From a virus, in the IMG/VR virus record IMGVR_UViG_3300005573_000857, positions 1-64,000 of that record: DNA of 64,000 bases, one strand, 5' to 3'. The position numbers were made by a program, and so were the translations under genes. The notes beneath the pieces are model-generated. The model was not told the origin of the DNA, did not search any database, and was given only the letters and a program-made list of their open reading frames with translations. Shown piece by piece: positions 9,418 through 18,471 of this stretch (position 1 is its first letter; every line of letters starts with the position of its first letter).

Positions 9418-9867
9418 ATGCAATTCGTAGGGATTGATTTGTCTTTGACTGCCACTGGGTTTTTAGTGTTAGATTCTAACGGAGGAGTAGTACATCAAGA
9501 AATTATTTCTACGAACAGTAAACAACTCATAGAAGACCGCATTTCTTACATCACGAACAAAATACTGTCTAGCTTGCGCCGAGAAGACAGAATTTTTATT
9601 GAAGGGTTAAGTTTCGGAAGTCAGGGTAACTCTTTAATGGAGCTAGCTGGGCTTCACTACTACCTCAGAACCCACCTAAAGCAGAAAGGCTTCACTTTTA
9701 AAGTCATTTCACCATCGTCTTTAAAAAAGTTTATGACTGGAAAAGGAAACTGTAAGAAAGACCTAGTTTTACTCAATGTTTACAAGAAGTTTGGTGTTGA
9801 GTTCTGCGATAGCAACTTGGCAGACGCATACGTCCTAGCGAGGATGGCATTGGAGGAGTTTAAATGA
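9418..9867 (+). CDS. RuvC-like Holliday junction resolvase
   Basis: GIDLSLTATG, FIEG, LKKF.TGKG..KK and NLADA motifs. Confidence 0.88.
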   Translation: MQFVGIDLSLTATGFLVLDSNGGVVHQEIISTNSKQLIEDRISYITNKILSSLRREDRIFIEGLSFGSQGNSLMELAGLHYYLRTHLKQKGFTFKVISPSSLKKFMTGKGNCKKDLVLLNVYKKFGVEFCDSNLADAYVLARMALEEFK

Positions 9868-10274
9868 ACAAGAAAACAAGGTTTATCGTAGTCCAGCATT
9901 TAGCTAAAAGAGCTGGTCCTCACTACGACTTGAGGTTTCGAATTCCTGGCTCTAAACTGTGGGCTTCGTTCGCTGTTAGAAAAGGAATTCCACTTGGACC
10001 AGGAGTTCGAGTTCTTGCTATGAGAACTCACGACCATACTGAGGAAGAAGCTTTGTTTTTGGGTACTATACCAGAAGGAGAATACGGTGCTGGTGAGCTA
10101 ACTGAGTGGGATTCTGGCCCGTGTGAAGTTATTAAGTATACGACCCCACACATTATAGTCGACTTTAAAGGGAAAAAAGTAAAAGGAATTTATCATTTAG
10201 TTAGTTTGTCAGTGCTAAGGAGAACTTCTGAACGTTCGTACATTCTTTTTAAAGGTAAAGTTTCGAAACAGTAG
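9864..10274 (+). CDS. Stand-alone LigD-type 3'-phosphoesterase
   Basis: RFIVVQH.A..GPHYDLR, SFAVRKG.P, LA..T.DH, GTIPEGEYGAG....WDSG. Confidence 0.88.
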   Translation: MNKKTRFIVVQHLAKRAGPHYDLRFRIPGSKLWASFAVRKGIPLGPGVRVLAMRTHDHTEEEALFLGTIPEGEYGAGELTEWDSGPCEVIKYTTPHIIVDFKGKKVKGIYHLVSLSVLRRTSERSYILFKGKVSKQ

Positions 10275-10284
10275 ACTTCTTGAT

Positions 10285-10389
10285 GTGTTAGAATCGGTGT
10301 TAGAAGGTGTTAGATGCATCTAACACCTAAGTAGAACCTAGCTATATTATTGGAGTTTGATTACGAAATGGTGTTAGGAGGGTGTTAGA
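10285..10389. repeat. GGTGTTAG repeat array with a 24-bp perfect palindrome upstream of nrdJ
   Basis: (G)GTGTTAG at 10285, 10296, 10306, 10370 and 10381; AGGTGTTAGATGCATCTAACACCT at 10305-10328. Confidence 0.8.
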
Positions 10390-10393
10390 AGAG

Positions 10394-12130
10394 ATGAGTA
10401 AGAAAGTGACTCTTTCTGAGAATGCTTTAGCAGTAGCTAGTGCAAGGTACTTCCATAATGGAGAAGATTGGGAAGCTTGTTGCAAAAGAGTTTCTTCTGC
10501 GATAGCTTCAGTAGAAAAAGACAGAGCATCTTTTAGTGAGCAGTTTTTTGAGATGATCTACAACATGGACTTTATGCCGGGTGGAAGAATTTTGAGAAAT
10601 GCTGGAAGACAGAGAGGATCTTTATTTAACTGCTACGTTCTACCAATTGGGGACAGTATTGAAGAGATCGGTCAATTTTTAAAAGAAGCTTTAATATTGT
10701 GGAGTGAGGGTGGGGGTGTAGGTTGTAATTTTTCTCCTCTAAGACCTCAGGGAGACCCAATCTTAAAGAAGGGTGGCTATTCTTCTGGAATGGTTAGTTT
10801 TATAGAAGCTGCTAATGAAGTTTCTAAAACGATCGAAAGTGGAGGACAAAGGCGTGCGGCTGCTTTAGCTTGTGTTGATGTTTCTCATCCAGAAGTTCTC
10901 AAGTTTATTGATGCGAAGCTTGTAGAAGGCAAGTTAAGTCACTTTAATATTTCTGTTGCTGTTAATGAAGATTTTCTTACGAAAGTAGCTTCTAACGGTG
11001 AGTGGGTTCTAAAGTTTAAGCAAAAAGAGTATGAGCGAATTCCGGCTAGACACATCTGGGAAAAGATAGTGACTAATATGGTCAGGTGTGCAGAACCGGG
11101 TCTTTTAAATTGGACTAATCTTTCGAAGAACAATTCTTATTACTATGACCCAATCCTTTCGACAAACCCATGTGGTGAAACTCCGTTGGAAGGTTATGGT
11201 GTGTGCGACTTAGGATCACTTGTCCTTCCAAATTTTATTACGGGAAATGTTAATACGAACTGGAACAAGCTAGAAAAAGTGATAAAGTTAGCCGTTCGTT
11301 TTTTAGATGACGTTATAGAATGCAACAATTATGTTCTACCAGAAAACAGTATAAAAGCTCATAACTCGAGACGCATTGGAATCGGAGTTATGGGTCTTGC
11401 TGAGTATCTCTTTGCAAAACAAGTTCGTTACGGATCTTCACGAGCTGTAGCAGAAGTAGAAAAGCTAATGAGATTCATTAGAGATTGTGCTTACCAAGCT
11501 AGTGTCGAAATTGCAGCAGAAAAAGGAGCGTTTCCGAAGTTTGATGCTGTTCTTTATGGAAATGCTTCTTTCGTCAGGAAACTGCCAGCACAACTGCGGT
11601 TAGACATAAAGAAGTTTGGAATACGAAATGTTACTCTTTTAGCTGTTGCACCAACTGGAACAGTAAGTCTTTTGCCAGAGGTTACGAGTGGTATAGAGCC
11701 GCTTTTCTCAAAAGCTTTCGTTAGGACAGACAGAGTTGGTGAACGAATTTATGTGCATCCTTTACTACAGAAAATGATTTTAACGGGAGAAGATGTTCCA
11801 GACTGGTTTGTAGATACTTCAGACTTGGAGCCAGAAGCACACTTCGAGATACAGGCTGTCACACAGAGGTACGTGGATGGAGCTGTTTCGAAGACGATAA
11901 ATCTTCCTGCTGGAACTACTGCCGAAAAGCTCGATTATTTGCTTCTCGAATATATACATGACTTAAAGGGAGTTACTGTTTATGTAGATGGAAGTCGTCG
12001 CGGTCAAGTCTTGAGAAGACTAGATTATGCCGAAACAGTGAACTATGTAGTTGGTAAGGCTATGGAGATTAGTGGTAGTATGTCCGAGCAGGATGCGGAC
12101 TGTAACTGTCCCCAAAAAGGAGATTCATGA
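10394..12130 (+). CDS. nrdJ: Class II (adenosylcobalamin-dependent) ribonucleotide reductase
   Basis: PGGRIL.NAG, NCYV, GGGVG, RRAA, TNPCGE, APTGT, SKTIN, KGVTVY..GSR; no NrdB beta subunit adjacent. Confidence 0.88.
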   Translation: MSKKVTLSENALAVASARYFHNGEDWEACCKRVSSAIASVEKDRASFSEQFFEMIYNMDFMPGGRILRNAGRQRGSLFNCYVLPIGDSIEEIGQFLKEALILWSEGGGVGCNFSPLRPQGDPILKKGGYSSGMVSFIEAANEVSKTIESGGQRRAAALACVDVSHPEVLKFIDAKLVEGKLSHFNISVAVNEDFLTKVASNGEWVLKFKQKEYERIPARHIWEKIVTNMVRCAEPGLLNWTNLSKNNSYYYDPILSTNPCGETPLEGYGVCDLGSLVLPNFITGNVNTNWNKLEKVIKLAVRFLDDVIECNNYVLPENSIKAHNSRRIGIGVMGLAEYLFAKQVRYGSSRAVAEVEKLMRFIRDCAYQASVEIAAEKGAFPKFDAVLYGNASFVRKLPAQLRLDIKKFGIRNVTLLAVAPTGTVSLLPEVTSGIEPLFSKAFVRTDRVGERIYVHPLLQKMILTGEDVPDWFVDTSDLEPEAHFEIQAVTQRYVDGAVSKTINLPAGTTAEKLDYLLLEYIHDLKGVTVYVDGSRRGQVLRRLDYAETVNYVVGKAMEISGSMSEQDADCNCPQKGDS

Positions 12131-12131
12131 A

Positions 12132-12377
12132 GTGGTTGTAGAGACTGAAAATGGAGGACTTGTTATTCTATCTGCAGAACAAGAAGAAAAGCTTGCGAGA
12201 GCAATTGCTAAACTTCTTCGTTATGAGAAGTACTCAGAGAAGACGTACGAAAAGATAAAAGAGATGATTTCTAAGGACTTAAAAGACTACATACTTCGAT
12301 TTGGGGAGCAGTTGTACTTAACGCAATGGACTAGCTTAACTTCGAAATATGTTTTTGAGCTATTACAGGAGGAATAA
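12132..12377 (+). CDS. Hypothetical protein
   Basis: GTG start after AAGGAG, within ORF 12051..12377. Confidence 0.5.
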   Translation: MVVETENGGLVILSAEQEEKLARAIAKLLRYEKYSEKTYEKIKEMISKDLKDYILRFGEQLYLTQWTSLTSKYVFELLQEE

Positions 12378-12380
12378 CTT

Positions 12381-12638
12381 GTGACTGCTTTAACTTTAAG
12401 AAGCAGAGCAAAAAGAGTGGTAGTATCGAAACGCAAACGAAGTAAGGAGAAAGGCGGTGTGGAGAAATGTAATCTTCAGTTGGATGGTGAGCAACTGAGG
12501 TCTAAACTTTTCAATAATGTAATGAGAGAGGACAAAAGTCTTGCGAATCTTTTTGGTAAGTCTTTTCTCGAAAAATCTGAGCCACCTTTTTTAGTGTTGA
12601 CTTCTTTTCGCGAAGATCAAGATTCGAGTTGTGGCTGA
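12381..12638 (+). CDS. Hypothetical protein
   Basis: GGAGG SD; operonic. Confidence 0.45.
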   Translation: MTALTLRSRAKRVVVSKRKRSKEKGGVEKCNLQLDGEQLRSKLFNNVMREDKSLANLFGKSFLEKSEPPFLVLTSFREDQDSSCG

Positions 12639-12655
12639 GAAAGGAGTAAGCTATA

Positions 12656-12904
12656 ATGATTACGTTAAAACCTAATGAAGTTTGCCCTTTTACAGATATT
12701 TGTATGTACTGGAAAGATTGTTGGGGTGCTAGGAAAGACAGGAAGAATACTTTTACTTGTTCCTTCGTTTCTGAGGACGGAACCATAGAAGAAGGACGAA
12801 CAAGAAACAAGTACGACTTAACCGGAAAGATGGAGGTAGTTTTAGAGACTCCTCCAATAGCTGGTATTTGTGCTCTAGAAGCGAAAGGCTCTTCTTGTGA
12901 GTGA
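12656..12904 (+). CDS. Small Cys-rich hypothetical protein
   Basis: CPF...C....C..A...R...F.C; AAGGAG SD. Confidence 0.6.
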   Translation: MITLKPNEVCPFTDICMYWKDCWGARKDRKNTFTCSFVSEDGTIEEGRTRNKYDLTGKMEVVLETPPIAGICALEAKGSSCE

Positions 12905-12915
12905 GGAGAAACATT

Positions 12916-13272
12916 ATGGACTCTTTCGAAGAAAAGTTTGAGCAATTAATGAGGGAATTTGCGGAGCAGAGAGAAGCTCTGAAAGCAATGATAGACGAGT
13001 TGGAGAAGGTTAAGAACAAAATCGAAAGATTATTTCCTGACTCATTAGACAACAGATACGTTCGCTTTTTCGAAGAGAAGGTAAAAGCTGCGACTGGTAT
13101 TTTCACTGCAATACTAGAAATCAGGAAAGAAGTCATTAAGAGCTTGAAAGACGAGACGGAGATGAGGAGAAAGTTTGCTCAAGAGGCCGGTGAGATGGAT
13201 AGCGACATTAGGAGACTAGCAAAGAGTTTAGAAGCCGCTTCACAAGTAGAAGGTGCACGAAGCTACTTATGA
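12916..13272 (+). CDS. Coiled-coil hypothetical protein
   Basis: GAGGAG SD; heptad-rich. Confidence 0.6.
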   Translation: MDSFEEKFEQLMREFAEQREALKAMIDELEKVKNKIERLFPDSLDNRYVRFFEEKVKAATGIFTAILEIRKEVIKSLKDETEMRRKFAQEAGEMDSDIRRLAKSLEAASQVEGARSYL

Positions 13273-13300
13273 GAAAAAAACTAATTTTGTGGAGGAGTTT

Positions 13301-14509
13301 ATGGAAGAAAACGTAGTACAAGAAGATACCGTTTTAGAAAGTGAAGTAGAAGAAGCTGTAAAGACACAGCCTAAAAAGAAAGTTACTACTAAGAAAGATC
13401 TTCCTACAGATAAAGAGTTGGAAAGTGCTTCTGAGTCTGATATTCTCAGTACTCTAGATTCTAAAACGAAAGAACTATACTTAGAGTTCAGTTCTTTTCT
13501 TAAGACAAAAGCATCGATTACACCAGACGAAGGAGTAAAGCAGACTCTCAGTACTGGTATTGATCTTTTAGATGCTGTAATGGGTGGTGGGTTCGCTATA
13601 GGAACTCTTGGAGTAGTTACGGGTGCTCCTGGCTCCGGAAAAAGTATGCTTGCAATTCAGACTCTAGCAGCTGCTCAAAAGAAGTTCCAGGGCAATATAC
13701 TAACTGCTTTTTTAGACTCAGAAGAAGCTACTACTACTGAAAGAATGGCTAACTTAGGTGTTCTCTATCCGAAGCTGAAGCCTTATACTGATCTGACTTT
13801 AGAGAAAGTGTTTAAGTTTTTAGAGAGTTTGTGTTTATTTAAAGAGAGTAAGAACTTAATAGAAGTGCCGTCAGTAGTAGTGTGGGATTCTGTAGCTAAT
13901 ACTCTAACTGAGAAAGAAAGAGAAGTAGAAGATATAAATTCTGTAATCGGTTATAAAGCTAAAGTCTTGTCGATTCTTATACCTAAGTACGTTGCAAAAG
14001 CTTCTCTATACAATATTTGTCTTATTGTAGTAAATCAGTTGCGAGACGTCTTACAAATTGGTCCTTTTGCTCCTGCGAAAGAACTAAAGTTTATGTCTAC
14101 TGGGAAAGACATGCCTGGCGGTACTACTCTTAAGTTTAATGCTTTTCATTTGTTAGAAATGAATATAAAGAGTGCTTTGCCCAAAGAGAAGTTCGGCTTT
14201 GACGGGATCTTAGTTAAAGCGAAGTGCGTAAAAAATAAGCTGTTTCCACCGAATATAGAAGTAGAATTAGTCGGTAATTTCGTTACTGGGTTTTCTAACT
14301 TTTGGACAAACTATAACTTTCTAATAAATACGAAAAGAATCGAGACTCCGGGCGGTTGGTGTCATTTAGTGTCAATGCCACAGAAAAAGTTTAGAGCAAA
14401 AGAAGTACTTTCACTCTATAATTCAGATCAAGAATTTAAGCAAGAGTTTGACAAAGTAACGGCAGAAGCTATTAAGGCTGAGATACTAGACAAGAGTCCA
14501 GCTTCGTAA
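13301..14509 (+). CDS. RecA/UvsX recombinase with acidic N-terminal extension
   Basis: STGIDLLD, GAPGSGKS, LDSE, WDSVA, NQLR, PGG..LKF, KNK..PP. Confidence 0.9.
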   Translation: MEENVVQEDTVLESEVEEAVKTQPKKKVTTKKDLPTDKELESASESDILSTLDSKTKELYLEFSSFLKTKASITPDEGVKQTLSTGIDLLDAVMGGGFAIGTLGVVTGAPGSGKSMLAIQTLAAAQKKFQGNILTAFLDSEEATTTERMANLGVLYPKLKPYTDLTLEKVFKFLESLCLFKESKNLIEVPSVVVWDSVANTLTEKEREVEDINSVIGYKAKVLSILIPKYVAKASLYNICLIVVNQLRDVLQIGPFAPAKELKFMSTGKDMPGGTTLKFNAFHLLEMNIKSALPKEKFGFDGILVKAKCVKNKLFPPNIEVELVGNFVTGFSNFWTNYNFLINTKRIETPGGWCHLVSMPQKKFRAKEVLSLYNSDQEFKQEFDKVTAEAIKAEILDKSPAS

Positions 14510-14564
14510 GGACGCACTATAGAATTCAAGAGTAACGTACGCTCTCTCTTTTATTTATTGTGAG

Positions 14565-14655
14565 ACTCGTTCTCGTTTTTCTCCAGAACAAATAAACGAA
14601 CTGGAAGTGAAAACTTCGTTTATCTTGTTTTTTTCTAGAAAGGAGAAGAACGAGT
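14565..14655 (+). promoter_or_regulatory. ~90-nt leader hairpin sequestering the RBS of the KH-domain gene
   Basis: ACTCGTTC/GAACGAGT, TTCTCC/GGAGAA and AACAAATAAACGAA/TTCGTTTATcTTGTT nested pairings ending at the ATG. Confidence 0.6.
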
Positions 14656-14988
14656 ATGGCTATGGTCGAGTATCTTAGTCAGTTTGTTGAATCAATCGTA
14701 AAACGACTAGTAGAAAAGCCAGAAGAAGTAAAAGTCTCAACTACTACTTCTACTAAGTCGGTAATTGTGCAGATTAAAAGTGAAAAAAGCGATACAGGAA
14801 AAATTATAGGGAAAAAAGGTAGAATCATTCACGCTCTTAGAGTTCTTGTCTCTGCGATTAAAAACACTCAATTTACTTCAGACCCAAGGCGTTTAGTGAT
14901 AGAAGTTTTAGAAGACGAGAACTCTCAGTTTGCTCGTAAACGAGACGTAAAAGACGGAGGTATTAAAAATGTTGCCCAAAGAGTCTAA
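14656..14988 (+). CDS. khpA: KhpA/YlqC-like single-KH RNA-binding protein
   Basis: LVEKPEEVKV...DTGKIIGKKGRIIHALR (GxxG loop). Confidence 0.85.
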   Translation: MAMVEYLSQFVESIVKRLVEKPEEVKVSTTTSTKSVIVQIKSEKSDTGKIIGKKGRIIHALRVLVSAIKNTQFTSDPRRLVIEVLEDENSQFARKRDVKDGGIKNVAQRV

Positions 14989-15529
14989 AATCAGGATTCT
15001 TGAAACGTTCTATGCTCTAGACTATACTTTCTTTGGCAAGCCTGTAGCTAAAGTAGAGACTTGTTGCCCGATTTTTGTGGAAGAGTACATCTCCGTAAAA
15101 GGGGCTTTGCTTTCGGTTGTAATAGAAATGTTGAGATTGCTCAGACACTCTCCTAAACCGATTGCTGAGAAAGTTTCTACAAAGAAGCTTTTGGAGATGG
15201 CGAAAGCTAGTGCTAAGATAGCTAGAGAGAACAGCAAGAAACTGGTTGTTACAGAGAAGGGGAAACAAGATGTAAAGGCTATGGTTCGAGAGACCATAGA
15301 AACAGCGGAAAAAGGGAAGAAAGTGGATCTTGAGAAGGTAGTACAAGAGAAAATTAGACAGAAAGCGTTCTCTCTTGCAGTAGATAACTTGATCGTAGGA
15401 AGATGCATTCCCGAGTGCAAGTCTGTAAAGAAATTGTCGACTTGGGAAGGCAAAATTATAGAAGACGCTTACAAAATCTTGAGAGATAATTTAGTAGAGT
15501 CAGCTCTAAGTATTCTGGAAGAGAAGTAA
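14969..15529 (+). CDS. Hypothetical protein
   Basis: GGAGG SD; overlaps the end of khpA. Confidence 0.65.
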   Translation: MLPKESKIRILETFYALDYTFFGKPVAKVETCCPIFVEEYISVKGALLSVVIEMLRLLRHSPKPIAEKVSTKKLLEMAKASAKIARENSKKLVVTEKGKQDVKAMVRETIETAEKGKKVDLEKVVQEKIRQKAFSLAVDNLIVGRCIPECKSVKKLSTWEGKIIEDAYKILRDNLVESALSILEEK

Positions 15530-15556
15530 ACTCTTTCCACAAAAAGAAAGTGCGAA

Positions 15557-16393
15557 GTGAGTATCGAAAAAAGCATATACACGAAAGTTCTAGACTATCT
15601 GGAACAGATAGAGCTAAAGCAGGTTCAATCTAGCAAAAAGGTTAGTACAACAGGAAAGCTTCCAGCTGAAACTACGAAAATTGAGACTTCTGCCAAATCT
15701 ACTGGTTTTGACGTTCAGAAACTTGAAACTTTAATGAGAGACAGGTTAATAGCTGGCTACAAGAAGTCTCAAAGCTATGTGCGTCCTTATGTGTCCGTAG
15801 GTGAACTTCTTTCGTGTATGCGGAAGAACTACTTCTACAGAATGGGTTATGCAGTAGACTTTACTTCTCTCTTTAGTTTCGCGTACTTAGACTTAATAAA
15901 TGAAGTGTCGAGAAAAATTCATACTTACATACAAGAGATATACGATTTTTCAGAAGTCGAGAAGAGAATTACTAGTGAACGGTATAAAGTTAGAGGTAGG
16001 GTAGACGCGTGTAAAGAAAACTTCTTGTATGAAATAAAGACTCTGGATGAAGAAAAGTTTTCTGGTCTTGTAGAATCCCACTACCACCAAGGAGTCATCT
16101 ACGCCTACATCTTGAATAGCGAGTACGGTAGTAGAATAAATACAATTACTGTAATATATGTAATGAGAGACAACTTGCGTAAAATTGTCTCTTTTGACTG
16201 TCCGACTAACGATAGTTTGGCAATCTCGTTTTTAGAAAGAGCTCCCAAGTTTTTACAATGTCTTGAAAAGAAGGTCGTGCCAGACCCAATTGGGTTTAGT
16301 GAAGACCAATGCTTTTTTTGCGAATATAAGCAGCATTGCCAACAGAAACCAGCAAAGCAAGAGACAGAGTCTAAGCCTGTTTTCTTGATTTGA
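15557..16393 (+). CDS. Cas4/RecB-like PD-(D/E)XK exonuclease with Fe-S cysteines
   Basis: SCMRK, GRVD, YEIKT, QGVIY and CFFCEYKQHC. Confidence 0.8.
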   Translation: MSIEKSIYTKVLDYLEQIELKQVQSSKKVSTTGKLPAETTKIETSAKSTGFDVQKLETLMRDRLIAGYKKSQSYVRPYVSVGELLSCMRKNYFYRMGYAVDFTSLFSFAYLDLINEVSRKIHTYIQEIYDFSEVEKRITSERYKVRGRVDACKENFLYEIKTLDEEKFSGLVESHYHQGVIYAYILNSEYGSRINTITVIYVMRDNLRKIVSFDCPTNDSLAISFLERAPKFLQCLEKKVVPDPIGFSEDQCFFCEYKQHCQQKPAKQETESKPVFLI

Positions 16394-16409
16394 GAGTGGA
16401 GGACTAGAC

Positions 16410-17405
16410 ATGATTGTTGTTTATCCAGCGCTTGCGTCAAGCACTGTTTCGAACTCTATTTTGCCAGGAATATGTAAGGTGCTCGAAAAGTATGTAATCA
16501 TTTACAAAATGGACGAAATCGCTAAGCAAGTTTCTCATCTAAATAAAGTGTTGACTGCTGTAACGACCGCTGGTTCTCTTGTACCAACTTCTTTGCTTGG
16601 TAGATATGCTAGAGTAGAAGAGCAGGAAGCTCCAAAAGCGAAGGTAGATATGCCACCTCCTATTACACGACGTAAGGCTCGAATAAACGTAAGTGTAGAA
16701 CCGCCTGGTGGTGCTGGTGAAGTAAGAGTTTCTACACCAAAGCTAGAAGCAAGTATTTCTGTGGAACCAACGTGGATTATGGTAACGACTGCTCACCATG
16801 GACCTCAAGTGGTGGGAGTAAAGGTTATTCCATTTCCAGTTAAGTCAGACCAAAATTTAGCAAAGATGCTTTTAAACGATAGAGTTCGCTATGGTTTGTC
16901 AAAAGCAGCAGTAGCTCTTGGAAGGGGGACTGTAAGAACTTTAGCCAAAATTGCAAAAACATTTCATATTCCCTTTATAGCTAAGACCACTGTCGTTGGT
17001 GACCCGAGAAGAGACATTCTTTATGGTCTTTCGAAGCATACAGACGAAATATTTGTGGTTATAAACTACTTAGACTTGTCGGAAGAAGATTTCTTTAGAA
17101 GCACTGTCGGGGTAAAGAAGCTTTTCAAGTTGGGATGGAGTTCTCTTGTTATTACTGACGAAGTAGAGAAAAGAGCTATCTTCTGCATGAAAGAGTTCGA
17201 CGGTCTTTGTTCGTCTGTTCCCTACGGCTTTATCTATAGTAGTCTTGGAAAAGAGCAACACGAAGTTTTTAGGAAGTTAGAAGATGTGAAAGCAGCTGCT
17301 AGTCCGTTCTTTAAGTTGTCGACGTCTCTTGGTAGTGTAACTTCGAAAGCTGTTTCTGAAGCTGTAGTGAGCTCTAGAATACAGCATTACATTGAGTTGC
17401 TGTAA
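16410..17405 (+). CDS. Hypothetical protein (possibly virion)
   Basis: 331-aa ORF with SD, upstream of the baseplate genes. Confidence 0.6.
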   Translation: MIVVYPALASSTVSNSILPGICKVLEKYVIIYKMDEIAKQVSHLNKVLTAVTTAGSLVPTSLLGRYARVEEQEAPKAKVDMPPPITRRKARINVSVEPPGGAGEVRVSTPKLEASISVEPTWIMVTTAHHGPQVVGVKVIPFPVKSDQNLAKMLLNDRVRYGLSKAAVALGRGTVRTLAKIAKTFHIPFIAKTTVVGDPRRDILYGLSKHTDEIFVVINYLDLSEEDFFRSTVGVKKLFKLGWSSLVITDEVEKRAIFCMKEFDGLCSSVPYGFIYSSLGKEQHEVFRKLEDVKAAASPFFKLSTSLGSVTSKAVSEAVVSSRIQHYIELL

Positions 17406-17419
17406 GAGAGGACCCCGCA

Positions 17420-18064
17420 GTGATAGAGGACTTGCAAAAGCTTGTAGAAATAGAGTGTGACGAAGAGAAGCTTAAACTTTCTTCCAAAGATTATCCTTTT
17501 AGTTTGTCTCTCAGAGTGTCTTCGTTCGAAAATGAAACCGAATATACGAGATTTGCTAGAAATTGTGAGAAGCTAGTTCGGTCTAGTTTAGAGTACAAAC
17601 AGTGGAAAGACTATATTAGAGATGTCTTGCAGCAGAACGCATGCGATGTAACTCACGAGACAGTTGGTGAAGTGGAAGTACAGATCCATCACCATATTCC
17701 AACTTTATTCCAAATTGTCAAAGCTATTATAAACAAGAAAGTTGCTTCTGAGCAGTCTTTTTCTACTTTCGACATTTGTTTGGAAGTTATAGAAGTTCAC
17801 TATAAGAACTGGGTTGGATATTCTTGCTTAGTTACTACGATACATGAAAAAATTACGAATGGATATTTGTCATTGCCAGTAGAGCTTGTGCACGGTAACT
17901 ATAGAGCTTTTCTCGAGCAGTACGGTCAGTACTTAGACACGAGTGATTTAGAGGAGATTAACGAAAAGCTTTCTGTCTCTCTCAAAACAATGCCTCGTGA
18001 GCAAATTGTCGAGTGGTCTAAAGACAACTATCCTGGATTTAAGTTTAGAGAAGCCACAATATAA
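17420..18064 (+). CDS. Hypothetical protein with HNH-like His pattern
   Basis: C...QIHHHIP...HY...L..TIHEK. Confidence 0.45.
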   Translation: MIEDLQKLVEIECDEEKLKLSSKDYPFSLSLRVSSFENETEYTRFARNCEKLVRSSLEYKQWKDYIRDVLQQNACDVTHETVGEVEVQIHHHIPTLFQIVKAIINKKVASEQSFSTFDICLEVIEVHYKNWVGYSCLVTTIHEKITNGYLSLPVELVHGNYRAFLEQYGQYLDTSDLEEINEKLSVSLKTMPREQIVEWSKDNYPGFKFREATI

Positions 18065-18081
18065 GGAGTTAGAGTTATAGC

Positions 18082-18471
18082 ATGATAACTATTGATCAAG
18101 AAGCCCGTCAACAAGCGAACCAGCCATTTGACTTAGATAACTTCTGTGAGCGATACAGGACAGCAAACGGCCTCTTCACTTTTTCTAGCCCTTCTTTATG
18201 GACACTTGACAAGCACTTTTTCTTCTTACTGAAGAACTCCAGGGAAGAGCCGTTTAACATGAAGTACTCTATGAGACCTGACTATCTCTCGTTCGATGAG
18301 TACGGAACAGTTATTCTAGCTCCAGTTCTTATGTACGTAAACGGAGTTTTCTGTTACGAAGACTTTATTCTAGATACTGTAATAATTCCATCTTTTTCAG
18401 CTATTATGGAAACTTTACAAGACAGGTTTCCACCGAAGAGTTTCACTGAACTGGAGGGAGTTGTGTGGTAG
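18082..18471 (+). CDS. Baseplate wedge protein (T4 gp53/LysM-like)
   Basis: RPDYLSFDEYGT......LMYVNG signature. Confidence 0.7.
   Translation: MITIDQEARQQANQPFDLDNFCERYRTANGLFTFSSPSLWTLDKHFFFLLKNSREEPFNMKYSMRPDYLSFDEYGTVILAPVLMYVNGVFCYEDFILDTVIIPSFSAIMETLQDRFPPKSFTELEGVVW

Noticed and set aside
10275-10393. Cobalamin riboswitch or NrdR box before nrdJ
   Set aside because: The gap is too short and repetitive for a riboswitch; no convincing NrdR consensus.
15557-16393. Cas4-like gene as part of CRISPR-Cas
   Set aside because: Solo gene with no array or other cas genes; typical phage exonuclease.
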